DNA of 63,908 nt, filler included, from Piptocephalis cylindrospora (GCA_003614145.1; 3 parts of 3 records of this genome joined end to end with filler, not necessarily neighbours in it), one strand, 5' to 3'. Numbered from the whole stretch's first letter, positions 11,491 through 23,608 are shown. Notes: a model not told the origin generated them from the letters alone. Program-made: numbers and translations.

Positions 11491-13647
11491 ATGTGGCTCA
11501 CCCGCTCCGTTGGCCTTCTCGGTCTGGGCCTTTCCCTTGTTGCTGGGGGCTTGGCTGTCAGTAGCCCCGTAGGCTATCCCAACATTACCAAAGTTGTATC
11601 CCCCAAGGTGGCCCTCATCGGTCAGAACGTCTCATTGTCTCTCGAGCTGGTCTGGCCTTCGACCGCCATTAGCACCAACGTTACCGACCCCACTTCCCTC
11701 CTCCCGACGAATTCATCGACCAGTGTAGCGTCGAACAACGCTACCATCTCCCTCCCAAAGCGTATTCCCTACACTGTTCACATGCTCTCAGGGACCCTCC
11801 TCACCTCCGGAACGTTTGATCGGGCCGGCTCCAAGGGCGATCTTCTCACCAAGGTGACCCTCGAGCCCTTCCAGGCTTCTTTCTCTGGAGTGATTGGTCT
11901 CATCGTCCGAATCCAGAGCTCAACTGCCTCTTCGGTCGAATGGAGAATTGCTGACGGGGCTAGTGATTCTGATGCTTCTATTCACGTCATCCCCGGCTGG
12001 CTTACCCTCGCCCCCGTCGTCTTCCTCATCACCGTTGCCCTCATTACCAAGCAAGTCCTTCTCGCCCTCTTTACCGGGGTCTTCCTCAGCGCCACCGTCA
12101 TTTTTGGCTTCAATCCCCTCACTGGATTTCTCCGTGCATCGGATCACTACATGGTTCAGGCCATTGCCGATTCGGAGAACGCCAAGGTCCTACTTTTTAC
12201 TTGGTGGCTCGCCGGTCTCATTGCCCTCATCCAACGATCCGGGGGTGCCCAGGGCCTGGCCAGTGTTGTGACCCGGTGGGCCACCGACCGATGGAAGGGC
12301 CTCTGGGTTACCTTTGGTCTCGGGTGCCTCATCTTCTTTGATGACTTTGCCTCCTGTCTCATCGTCGGGACCAACATGGTCGTCGTCACGGATCAGCTCA
12401 TGGTGTCTCGGGAAAAGCTCTCCTTCTTTGTTCACGCCACCTCCTCCCCTCCAGCCTCCATTGCCCCCCTTTCTTCATGGATTGGGTATGAGGTGGGTTT
12501 GATTGCCGCTGAGCTGCACAAGCTAGACATCAAGGCTGAACCCTTTATGATCTTCATTCGTACCATCCCGTACCGTTTCTATCCCATCTACATGCTCGTC
12601 TTTCTCGTCATCATCAATTTTATGAAGCGTGATTTTGGCCCCATGCTCACTGCTGAGCGTAGGGCCGTCCGGGAGGGCCGTGTCTCTCCCGTGGAGGATG
12701 TGGAGGGGGCCGAGGGGACCGAAGACGCCATCAAGCCCATTGAGGGGAAGCCCCGTCGATGGATCAATGCCATCCTCCCCATCGCATGCAATGTTTTCAT
12801 CATCGTCCTCAGCATCTTTGTCACTGGGTACTACGCGACTGTCGAACTGGAGAAGGCCGGGGAGACCGTGGTCTACAATGCCGCCACTCTCGCTGGTAAT
12901 GGTGATTCCTATGGATCCCTCATTTACGCTGCCCTCGCCACCTCTATTCTCTCCATCATCCTGTATAAAGTCCAGGGGATTCTTACCATCGCCGATTCCC
13001 TCCTTCACTGGACCATGGGAATTAAGGATGTCGTTGAGCCCGTCCTCATTCTCATCCTCGCCTGGGCGATGGGTGCAGCCATGAATGACCTTCAGACCGC
13101 TGAGTTTATTGTCAGTGGCCTCCGTACCTCCCTGGATGCCCATCTCCTCCCCACCCTGGTATTCCTCACATCCTGTGTCATCTCCTTTGTCACTGGGACC
13201 TCCTGGGGTACCATGGCCGTCCTCTTTCCCCTAGCCGTCCCTCTGGCCAATGCCCTGAGCCCGGGGAGTGAAGAAGCAATTGTCGATGTGGTTGCCTCCA
13301 TCCTCACTGGTGCCATCTTTGGAGATCAATGCTCCCCCATCAGTGGAACTAGTGTCATGAGTGCTCTGGCGAGTAAGTGCCCCTTGGCCGCTCACGTCAC
13401 CACTCAGCTACCCTATGCCCTAGTGGTCGCCGTTATCGCCATTATATTTGGTTACATTCCTTCGGGATATGGCCTCTTCCCCCATTGGGTCGGAATCATC
13501 CTAGGCTCAGTGGCTTTGGTGGGAGTTGTCTGGCTGATCGGATCTAAGGTTGAGGATGAGCATGATACACCTAGTAAGCTCATGAGTCTTCTGGGTCGTA
13601 AAGCCAAGTCTCGAGCTGGTCCTGGTCTAACGGAGAAGCAGCATTAA
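11491..13647 (+). CDS. NhaC-family (Na+/H+ antiporter-like) transporter with signal peptide and N-terminal extracellular domain
   Basis: Intronless 718-aa ORF. N-terminal hydrophobic signal. NhaC-family motifs FFDDFA..LIVG, SREKLSF.V..TSSP.ASIAPLSSWIGYE, SFVTGTSWGTMA, GAIFGDQCSPIS, HVTTQLPYA. Confidence 0.85.
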   Translation: MWLTRSVGLLGLGLSLVAGGLAVSSPVGYPNITKVVSPKVALIGQNVSLSLELVWPSTAISTNVTDPTSLLPTNSSTSVASNNATISLPKRIPYTVHMLSGTLLTSGTFDRAGSKGDLLTKVTLEPFQASFSGVIGLIVRIQSSTASSVEWRIADGASDSDASIHVIPGWLTLAPVVFLITVALITKQVLLALFTGVFLSATVIFGFNPLTGFLRASDHYMVQAIADSENAKVLLFTWWLAGLIALIQRSGGAQGLASVVTRWATDRWKGLWVTFGLGCLIFFDDFASCLIVGTNMVVVTDQLMVSREKLSFFVHATSSPPASIAPLSSWIGYEVGLIAAELHKLDIKAEPFMIFIRTIPYRFYPIYMLVFLVIINFMKRDFGPMLTAERRAVREGRVSPVEDVEGAEGTEDAIKPIEGKPRRWINAILPIACNVFIIVLSIFVTGYYATVELEKAGETVVYNAATLAGNGDSYGSLIYAALATSILSIILYKVQGILTIADSLLHWTMGIKDVVEPVLILILAWAMGAAMNDLQTAEFIVSGLRTSLDAHLLPTLVFLTSCVISFVTGTSWGTMAVLFPLAVPLANALSPGSEEAIVDVVASILTGAIFGDQCSPISGTSVMSALASKCPLAAHVTTQLPYALVVAVIAIIFGYIPSGYGLFPHWVGIILGSVALVGVVWLIGSKVEDEHDTPSKLMSLLGRKAKSRAGPGLTEKQH

Positions 13648-15207
13648 GCTCTGAAGGAAGCCGGGTGGACAATATCGTGCTGTGATTTGTTTTTGAATGC
13701 CAAGGGAGGGGCGATGACGTAAGGACGAGCTAGATGGTCTGGCCATTCGGACACTCTTCTAAGGGCACTTGTTCCTACGTATGGAAGAAGCTGAATGGGT
13801 TGAAGGGCGGCATGAAAGATCAAGGAAAATGCTCCTCGGTATCGATCTTCCTATCCCCCTCCCTCCTACATTCCAACCCGTCGTTTTCCCCTCCCTTCTC
13901 ATTTACTTTATATCATTTTTCTTTATGTGGATCACCTCCCCCATCCCCCACTCTATCCGGGTTTGGATGAGTGAGGGGGTGCTAACGAATGCAAGTTGGT
14001 TTTTACCCGGGGCTGGATCTAATATCCATTCTTCGGGATACTTAGAACATTGAATTTTGCCGTAGTGGGCGGGACGGGCTGGAGCGGTTTGATTGGGCGA
14101 ATGGTCAAAACAAATGGTTTACTAGCAATACACAAATATCCTGATTCAACGGTCCCCGTTCATGGTCTCCCTATCTTACAGAGCAAGGCAAGCTCGATAT
14201 GCCGATTATCGTTCGTCATTAGCCTCTTCCCTAGATATTGAATGATTGATCGTATCATAAGAATGCCAACTTCATCTCACATTTGAAAATGTCGTGCAAG
14301 CTAGATGGCTACGACGATTCGGATTTGCCGGCTATTTCATGGGGTGGCAAATATAACATTTCGAACTAAACCAGAGTTCACACATCTATTATTATTAGGC
14401 TAATGATTTGATATAGTGGATCTTTCTCCGCTCACTGGTTGTCGATAATGCTACTGCGCATATGACTGAGAAGGTTTATCGTGCTTGGTCACGTTGCCTT
14501 AGTCTGTTGGACCATGTATTCCTAGTCATGGGGTGGCATCGAGTAAAGAATTTGCTCAAACCCCCATCGGCCCTGCCTTTCCATGTCTTGAGTGTCATTG
14601 CCTGTTTGTCTCCTGTATGGTCCAGATCTTCGTTAGAGGATTGTGTATGTTGACTCTTGAATGGTCCGGACAAGTGATCTGTGGTCACGGTAAATGAGCA
14701 ATATTTACAGCCGTATGTACGTGGTCAAGTCCATGGTTTACCTAGTGATATATTTGTAAAAGTGTACACACAAAACTCCATGAAAATCAATGATGATGAA
14801 GGTAAATTAATCGCACCTGGAAAAAGTAAACTATTTATCTCTATTAATGCTCCATTTTTATACTTGCGTCATGGTGCTAAGCAAGGATACCGACTGATCG
14901 TTGGTGCCATCCTACTAATCAGCCTTGTACCTACGCATAATTCGTGGAATACAAGCAAAAAAGCTATTACATTTAGATGGATAGTTCAACATGTATCTAA
15001 ACATAGTGCCAGCTAATCGGCGTATGCAATACTAGGAAACTTTCAATGAATATAAGTTTCCATTGCAGATTGTGACAGGGACCCTTGATCGTGTTATACG
15101 CCAATGTTGTTGATGCACAAAAGTGATTTAGACTCCTCTCTATTGTTGATATTCCCCATATAGTCTACTTTCTTTCAAACCTTTTATCTTCTTGACTAAT
15201 CCGCGAT

Positions 15208-16475
15208 ATGCAAGCACCTCTTCCCCTCTATGCAATGCTGCTCCAGGAGGAAGAGAGGCAAGTAGGGCAGGCGCACACCGTTGGCCTGGAAGGGTAAATC
15301 GCTTGATTATCAACCCAGCTCCATGCTTTTGTCACTGAACCCCATCCCCACCCCCACCCGATAGCCTTGATGCATTGTTAGGGGAGCGAGGGCTCCAGGA
15401 TGCCGGTATTACTGAGATATGCGGTCCGAGTGGTGTAGGGAAGACACAGGTATGTGAGGAAGGGAGAGAGGAGCCCATATCCTCAAGTCGTTTGACCTAC
15501 CCACGGAATCCCCTTGGCGAATAGATATGCCACAAGGCCATGGCGACGGTCCTGGATAGTCCCACTGGGTCTGTGCTATACATTGATTCGGGAGGCTCTT
15601 TTTCTGCCCCCATCCTCTCCAGATTGTGCGATGGTCCGCCAGGTATGTCATGGAGAGACAAGTAGGAAATAGTATGGCCCTTGGTACTCACGACCATTAC
15701 TCATCATTAGATCCGTATCGTACTTGGATAGAACCCTGTGAGGATATCTGGGGGCTATTGGAACTACTCTGGGACATTTATGTTCAAAAAACCAAGGTAG
15801 AAGTATAGCTATTCAGACAAGGATTTCCATATCATTGCCTAATCAATCACCTATATCACACTCCAGGGACAGGGATGGGCTTTCCCCGTCAATCTAATTG
15901 TCATTGATTCAATCACTCCTCTCTTCAATCCCTTTCCCCCTCACCGACAAGGACAAGGTAGGAATTAAGAGAAGGGTATGGATTCTTCTAGTGTCGGTAC
16001 CCACCTCTACCCAACTAACTATCTCGTATCAGGACATGCTTTGATGAGTGATCTTTCTACCGTCCTTCATGGGCTCCAATACCATGGCTGCTATATCTTG
16101 GTGAGTATTTCTTCCCTCTCTCCCCTGCTCCTCATAAGCCCATCCATCTTCATTGACATTCATGTATCCACAGGTGGTGAATGGAACTACTGGAAGATCT
16201 GCGTCTACTGCAGGACCAATGGACGGGACAGATCCATTCATTACTTGCCGTCCTGCCCTGGGATACCAGTGGCAAGCTGTGTGTGATACGCAAATATTCC
16301 TTCCGTCTTGGGGACAAGCCATTGTGACACGGTCACGACATTTGGTAAGCTTTCCGCTGGCTGGTTAAGATAATTGCTAGGAAATGCACCCCTTGCTCAT
16401 CTCTCTTCTCCCTTTTCAATGTAGCCTAGTGGTTTTTGGTCCACCTGGGATCTTACTTTCCCTCCAGGTCATTAA
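15208..16475 (+). CDS. RAD51D: RAD51 paralog, RAD51D-like; about 8 short exons, not represented as one ORF in the track
   Basis: Spliced product MQAPLPLYAML...GLDALLGERGLQDAGITEICGPSGVGKTQ (Walker A) ICHKAMA...VLYIDSGGSFS...LIVIDSITPLF (Walker B)...QGHALMSDL...RPALGYQWQAV. Exon1 15208-15293 joins exon2 at 15365 in frame. Stop TAA at 16473-16475. Confidence 0.8.
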
Positions 16476-16617
16476 TTTGACGCCGTGTATTTCATGTGTA
16501 TGGATGAAAGCATATCTATGATACTTTTCCCAATTGAAAAGAACCACAGGACTTCAGTCCACATCCTGTAATGAACCCTCGTCTCTCCTTCCCCCCTATT
16601 CATCGTCAAGGTACTGT

Positions 16618-18098
16618 CTAGCTGATGCCGCCGCCAACAATGGTAGGAGCCGTGCAGAGGCCATCAGAGCCCTCGACGACAAAGCCGTGAGTCTTCCCAT
16701 CGGCATCTACCCAGATGGCCGACCTATCCTCGGCAGTCCTATACCCAGGCTGGATGGCCTCCCAGACCTTCTTCTTGGGGTTGAGGACAGCATCAGGCTC
16801 TCCAGATTGATACCCATCAATGTGAACCCGGGTTCCGGGCTTGGCGTCGGCCGGAGGACACATAATCTCGACCTTGCTCTTATCTGCTGTCCCGGCGCAC
16901 AGCACCATGGCGTGACTCTTGATCCCACGCATGGACACGGGCTTGAGGTTGCACACGAGGATGACGGAACGGTTCTGCATTTCCTCAATTGGGACAAATC
17001 TGAGAATAAAGAGTGAGTTAAAAAGAAGAAAGGAAGGGGGGGGTAATGGATGTGAGATATGATATGAACTGGAAAAATAAAAGTAAAGCACAAGAGCCCT
17101 ACTTGACTAGGCCACTAATGACAGTCCTGGGCTCCTCCTCGCCCACGTCGATCGTCTCAACGTAAAGGGAATCTGCATCGGGGTGTCTCTCGCAGCGGAT
17201 AATCTTTCCGACACGAAGGTCAATCTGGGAAGGGACAGGGATGACTGGGGGAGCAGGAGCTAGGATGGAGAAAAGTGACAGAAGGAGTAGAATGAGTGAT
17301 GGCCCTAATGATCCTATCAGATTCCCATTGACTTACCCTTGGGCTTCTTCTCTTTCTTTTCCTTCTTTTCCTTCTTCCCCTTCTTTTCATCCTTAGCAGC
17401 AGCATCAGTGGCGGTCACAGCAGCAGCCTCGGCAGCAGGGGTCTCCTCCTTTCCCTTCTTCTTGGTCTTTTCCGGCTTGGCAACCCGGGGAGGAGGGGTC
17501 TGGTCGATGGAGACACGAGAAAGCCCGATGGAGGAAAGGACAGAGTCAGAAAGCACGTTCTGGATGTGATCGAACCATCGAATAGTGTTGATGTGCTCCA
17601 AACGAGCCATCTTCTCCAGAGTAGGGACCTGAGAAGCAACCTGAGCAAAGGCAGCCAGGTCAGCTAGGCTCAAAGCGTTCCCAACGAGGTAGGTGCAAGT
17701 GGCGAGGGTAGTCTCAAGCTTCTGGATCAAGGAAGCAGTATCCTGCGCGGAGATCCAAGTAAGGACCTCGGCTTTGTCCGCGTCATTGCTTCCAATCAGG
17801 GCGGCGTCCTGTTGAGCAGCCAAGTTGAACAGGATTTCCTTGTCGGTAGAGAGACTGATGCCATTATCGAGATTCAGGGTGGAAGCCTGGGCATGAAAAG
17901 AACAGAGAAGGATGGAGGGTTGAGTGGTGCAGACTGCTTCTAGGTGAGGTTCTGTAGGAACCTCTTTTTAAGAAGCAGGCTTACCTTGGCAGAGTCACCG
18001 TCCTCCAGCTTGATGGAGTCATGGACCTTGGAGCAGAAAGTGTAAACCAAACGGACCGACTTGTCCGAGGTGGGAACCGAAAGCGTAGCAGGGGACAT
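16618..18098 (-). CDS. ARC1: tRNA-aminoacylation cofactor Arc1/AIMP1-like (GST-like N-domain, Lys-rich linker, tRNA-binding OB/EMAP II domain)
   Basis: ATG at 18098. GST-C-like [13 protein letters not shown]...[12 protein letters not shown] linker, [60 protein letters not shown] introns separate the ORF pieces. Confidence 0.9.
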
Positions 18099-18521
18099 GC
18101 TGTGAATGTTGGATGGGAGGACTGAGGAAGAAGAGATGATGAGTGAGTATGTGAGCGCGTCAAAACGGAGGACCAGCGTCTGTCTTTTAAAACACAAAGC
18201 ACCCATCAGTCGCGCTCACCTTCACCAGAGAGATGAATTGATATAAATCGATTGAAAAGGGTCAAATTCTACAGTGAATTTGAGGCCAGAGAGACTTGAT
18301 TCAGGACTGCGAACCCCATGAGCATTTGGCTCTTTATAGTCACGAACCCTCCAAACCGAAAAGCCCAACAGGGGTATTTGTTTTTCTCCATTTTCCCATC
18401 CTCTGCCCCTTTGCCTTTCCTTTCTATCTAGATTATTTGATTAGACCAAAGTGTAGTCAAGCTGTGCATTAGGTGGCTCTTTCTTCAAAGAAAGATTTCT
18501 CCTCGTTTACAACTCGCCGCA

Positions 18522-20740
18522 ATGTCAATACAGCCCACAAAGAACCAACTTCAGAAACAGCTCCGGGACATCGCGGAAGACTTGGCCCAGGTGGACAAGG
18601 AGATGGAAGCCCTGATTACGCGTCAAGAGCAGCTCGAAGCTGAACGAGCGCACATCATCAGTCAGATTGAGCAGGCTGAGGTGGCGGCAGAGCCTTTGGT
18701 GGAATATGATACGGACGAGGGCTTTCCCTGGTCCGAACGAGCTCGGGAAAAGGCTCTGTCTCACTGGGGCATTAGTTCATGGCGTGGGGTGCAACGACCT
18801 GTAATCAATGCGGCCATGCGAGGAAAGGATATTATCGCCATTCTCCCGACGGGTGGTGGGAAGTCCTTGTGTTATCAATTACCAGCCATCCTAGCCCCAG
18901 AGAATCAGGTATCTCTGGTGGTATCCCCATTAATTTCTCTAATCCACGATCAGGTATATCATCTCTCTCGAGCTCATGTCGATGCTCTCGCCCTCACCTC
19001 GGCTTCTTCCCGGGATGAAGTAGCCCATGCCACTGCCGTCCTTGCCAAAGGGCCTATCGCTTCCGCTGGCTCTGTTCGACTCATCTACGTGACACCTGAG
19101 CGCATTGCCAAAAGCAAAAGATTCATCGGTGCCCTAGAAAAGTGCTACCGTGCTGGAAATCTGGGGCGAATTGTGGTGGATGAGTGTCACTGCTGTTCAC
19201 AGCTCGGTCATGACTTTAGGCCGGATTACAAAAAACTGGGCCTTCTACGCACTCTATTCCCCGATACACCCATCATGGCTCTATCAGCCACCTGCCCCCC
19301 CTTCGGTGATGGCTTCAGTTGTGGAAGTCCTGGGGATGCGATATCCAGGAAAGCCCAAGGGAGCACTCCTCTTTACCATGCCCCTCTTCAGGCCCAACCT
19401 TCACTACGGCGTCCTAGCCAAGCCTCTTTCGGCTGATGCGGCCATCCAAGGTGTTGGAAAATGGATCATAAACAATTGGCCCAAGGATCGAGGGATAGTG
19501 TACTGCATGACGCGACGGGAGGTGGATGTGATGGCAAAAGGCTTACATGCTATGGGGATCCCGGTTGGGTCTTATTACTCGGATGTGACGGACGATGCCG
19601 GAAAGGCTCTTTCCCATGCATCCTGGCGGGAAGGGGCTATCCGGGTCATGGTGGCAACAACAGCATTTGGGATGGGTATTGATCAGCCCAACGTCCGATA
19701 TGTCCTGCACTTCTCTCCTTCCAAGTCCCTCGATGGCTACTACCAGGAGACGGGTAGGGGTGGAAGGGATGGTCTCAAGACCGACTGCATCCTTTGGTAC
19801 CATCCCCGAGACCAGTCCCGACTCTCCTGTATGGGTGTCACGGATCACGAGGGACTTGGGCACGTGTATGGTATGATTCGGTATGCTGAAGAAGGAGGAG
19901 TATGTCGAAAACAGCTTTTTGATCAATACTTTAAACACTCATCCGGTGCTGGAGCCGAAGATAGTATATCAGAAGCCAAATCTGACGAGGAAGAGACATG
20001 TGGGCATTGCGATGTGTGTACTCACCAAAAGACCGCGGTATGGCATGATGAGAAAGTACCTGGGGCCAAGGATGTATGGGAGGAAGCGAGGATGATATGC
20101 AATACTGCTTACTACTGCCGGGAGAATGAAAAATCTCTGGGAAGGGTAACGGCCCTCAAATTGGTCAAGGAATGGAAGAAAAATGATGATCGGTCCGTAG
20201 TCCATCAAGAAGAGGCCAGCCTGGGAAAGTGGACACCACCTGGAAGGAAATGGACCATAACGGTACGCAACTCTATGGGAGGGGGAGAGAGTTTCTAATG
20301 CTTTACTGATCAACTCTTCTTCATTGCACAATCCCTAGGAGGGAGAGAGATTGGTAGTACGGTTACTGCTAGGTGGATATCTCCGTGAAGACTTTCACTT
20401 TACCGCCTTTTCCACCATCGCGTAAGTCATTCAGAATAGGATTTTACGTCGAGGAAATAGCCCTCGACAAGGCACTAGTACTGATGAGTGACGTTCCGAT
20501 AGGTATGTGGTGATCACATCCAAGGGAGAAAGATTAGCTAGGGCGCTCCGAGAAGACCAGGACAAGTGGTCTCCCATCCTCCTTCACCCCCTTTTCCCTT
20601 ACCAGGATGGTATGACTGGAGTTTCTCAGAAGAAGGGGGACAAGAGGGATCTCGTGGGAGATGAGAGAGTTGAGGGGAAGAAAAGAGGGAAAAGATACAG
20701 GCCCCTGATCATCGATATATCTGATGATGAAGACGAGTAG
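18522..20740 (+). CDS. RECQL: RecQ-family helicase (RECQL/RecQ1-like), with an apparent +1 frameshift at C7 run 19295-19301
   Basis: N-terminal coiled coil, motif I PTGGGKSLCYQLPA, DECH box CCSQLGHDFRPDY, ATTAFGMGID, YYQETGRGGRDG, Zn-binding C..CGHCDVC and winged-helix exon GYLREDFHFTAFSTI. Two introns near 20273-20338 and 20422-20502. Confidence 0.9.
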
Positions 20741-20860
20741 CAAGCTTTCATGTAATAATAATACCATCCATTATCTCTGAACCATTTGGCTACCTTTTTT
20801 TTCTTATATTCTTTCATGGATTGTATCCATAACGGGAAAGGACCATGATTATCCCAAGAG

Positions 20861-21287
20861 CTAATCTACCTTACGCCGGACCACGCCATTCCCAAGATCC
20901 ACCTCCCAGCTGTTCAGGAAATCACTAGTGGACCGTATGCCCCGATTCCAGGAGGCCCTCCACCGAGGGATGACCTCTTCCTTGACCAGGCCCTCGTAGT
21001 GTCGGATCAGCCGAAGAGGCGCGGATTTGGCCTCGTGCCTCTCTGGGACAACCAAGTCGTCCCGGGTGTACTAAAGGAAGGGGGGGGGAGATAAGTTCAG
21101 GATAAAGACCTTTATCACGGAGCAGTGAACGTACGGGAAGACCTGAAGAGGAAATTTCCAAGCGCCGCTTCACCTGTTGAAGTTGTACAGCCATCAGATG
21201 AGCATCATCGTGGACCGTGGCGGTCAGATAGTAGAAGAGGGTGCCCGAGGCAAGGGCACCGCAAACAAAAGAGGCAATTCGGGACAT
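20861..21287 (-). CDS. Small mitochondrial membrane protein, MICOS Mic12/Aim5-like, 2 exons
   Basis: MSRIASFVCGALASGTLFYYL (N-terminal TM). Intron GTACGT...TTTAG (about 21134-21071) joins LP|YTRDDLVVPE. C-terminal WRASWNRGIR resembles the Mic12 K..WN..V/I motif. Confidence 0.55.
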
Positions 21288-21967
21288 GAGGAGGGAGAGA
21301 CCGAGTGGAAGGAGTAAAGGAGGCACCGGGTCAGTCAGTGGTGGTTGTGGATAGGGATAGAGTTTTGGCGGATGTAATAGGGGAAAGCAATGGCTGTGTG
21401 TAGCCGCACAGTGATGGTGGATTAAGTGGAGTACACAGACTTGTATCGGATAGATCTTCAGGTGCCAAAAGTACGCTTCATTAGGCGTCAAGTACAACGT
21501 ATTTTGCAATGGTGGTTACGAGCAGCCTAGCATTGAACAGCACGAGGAATAGATCGATACTGGTGGAATATGACATACACGAAAGAGGGAATCTCTTTTA
21601 ATCAATCAGATTTTTTCGCGCCAAGTAATAAAGCATTGACTAATTATTCAAGAGAATAAGCGAGATAATTGTCAGCGTAACTGCTGTAGCCCATACGAAT
21701 GGTAGACTGGATGGCAACAAAGAACAAAGCAGTAGGATCGTATGTATGCGAGCATGGCCATCAGGCAAGGATCACAGTGACCTCATCGGGCCGACCCTGC
21801 ATGCACTACTCTGGATGTTCTCACCTTCCCTTAGCTCCGACAGGGTTGTCCATGTCCTCTGGAGGATAAATGGCTGGGTGGGGAAGCATTGGGCCTTTAC
21901 TTCCTTACCCTTTCTATCCTGATTGCCAAACTTACCCACGCATCTGCTGGTCTTTCTACTATCCAAG

Positions 21968-23439
21968 ATGATGAAACAAGAAGAAATTGGTAGATGGAGG
22001 GATATATTAGGCGATATGAGCTGTACTTACGCCTTTCCTCATCCCGACCAGACATTACCGATACAAATCTGGCCCTGTTTGGAACCGAAGTGGAGACACG
22101 TATCAAGCAGGAAGCGTCGCGGAGCGAAGAAGCTTGGAAGGTCGTCGGAAATGTTCCGTAAGTACAAGAGAAGGAGATATACTCAAGAAAAGGGGCTCGC
22201 TAAACCGCCCTCATTCACCCCGTGTTCGGCAGTGGCCTTTGGGTCTGGAGGATAGAGCAGTTTCAGGTGGTGGCATGGCCTCAGGAAAAATACGGTACTT
22301 TTATGGATGGGGATGCATTTATTTGCCTTCGTAGCGAAAAGACGACAGATGATTCGGATGTCCTTATCCACAATGTGCACTTTTGGCTTGGAGCACATTG
22401 CTCCCAGGATGAGTCAGGGACAGCGGCGTACAAAACTGTTGAACTGGACGATTTCCTCGGGGGAAAGGCGACGCAGCATCGAGAGGCCCAGGGATTTGAA
22501 TCCTCCCAATTCCTCTCCTACTTTCCCCGTCTCTCCTTGGTCCATGGAGGAGTGGCCACAGGATTTCGGCATGTGGATCCATCAGAGGAAAGAGATGCGT
22601 TTACTCCGCGTCTCTTCCACATCCATGCCATGCCTCAATCCAAGCCAGTGGTTTGGGAAGTGGAGATGTCCGCTGCCAGTGTCCACTCCGGGGATGGGTA
22701 TGTCTTGGAGACCTATGATACCATCTGGCAATGGCATGGTCGGGGTATCTCCGTCCTGGAACGGGCCAGAACGGCTCAGGTAGCTAATGAACGGGCCCAA
22801 GATCGCCAAGGCGTTGCCTCCATCCGGGTTGTTGGTATGTGGATGAGCTTTCGGGATTGAGGAAGGAGAACATCTCACTAACGATGCTTGTTATGCCCCT
22901 TTTATAGAGGAAGGAGAGGCTGCTCCTGGGTTCTGGAAGGCGCTGTGTGGTTCGGAAGAAGGTGGAGAAATGAAGAAAGATCGTGTGACCCTGTCCAAGA
23001 AGGACCCACGCCGTCTACGGTGAGTAATTGACCTGATGATCATGCAAAGATAACACTAGTCCTTCATTAAACGCCTCTTCCACCCCTTCCATCTAGCCTG
23101 TCGGACCGCTCCGGCCGATTGACACTGGCATATGAGAGCACTGGGACTGTGAACAAGGGGACATTGGATGGATCCGATGCCTATCTCATTGATCTTGGTT
23201 ACCATGGTAAGTATACAGAGGAATTGGGGATGGCAGGGATTACCTTCGCTCATTACGACATCCTACCCTAGTCTACGTGTGGGTGGGCAAGGGAACGAGC
23301 GAGAATGAACGACGGAACGGCCTTAGATATGCTCAGGCTTACGTTGAAAAGATGGGTATGCCTAGTGTCACTCCTATCAGTCGGGTCCTGGAAGATTCTG
23401 AGGGTCCCGCGTTTTGGGGGGGCTGTTGCTGCTGCCTAA
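21968..23439 (+). CDS. Severin/fragmin-type three-domain gelsolin-family actin-binding protein
   Basis: Spliced N-terminus MMKQEEIDITDTNLALFGTEVETRIKQEA..EEAW; GLWVWRIEQFQVV; HFWLGAHCSQDESGTAAYKTVELDDFLGG...HREAQGFES; VWVGKG. End is given as TAA 23437-23439 assuming one extra G in the G7 run; as read, it ends at 23552. Confidence 0.9.
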
Positions 23440-23608
23440 CAATCTGGAAGGCTCATTCTTTATCACGGAGAGAGGCGAAGTCTCCAAGCCAATGGATAAT
23501 CAATTGGATTGTTGTAGAATTCATGCGATTCATTAAGGCTTTACCATTCTGACGGAATTTATTTTGGTCAACGACACATTGATCTCTCCCTCTACACGTC
23601 TTTGACCA

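Noticed and set aside
19306..19318. 13-nt GT...AG segment whose removal would restore the RECQL frame
   Set aside because: Too short for a spliceosomal intron in a genome with 60-100 nt introns, has no branch point, and would delete conserved helix residues; a single extra C fits better.
20925..21509. Apparent frameshift in the Mic12-like gene near a G run
   Set aside because: Resolved by a normal GT-AG intron; the run lies in the polypyrimidine tract.
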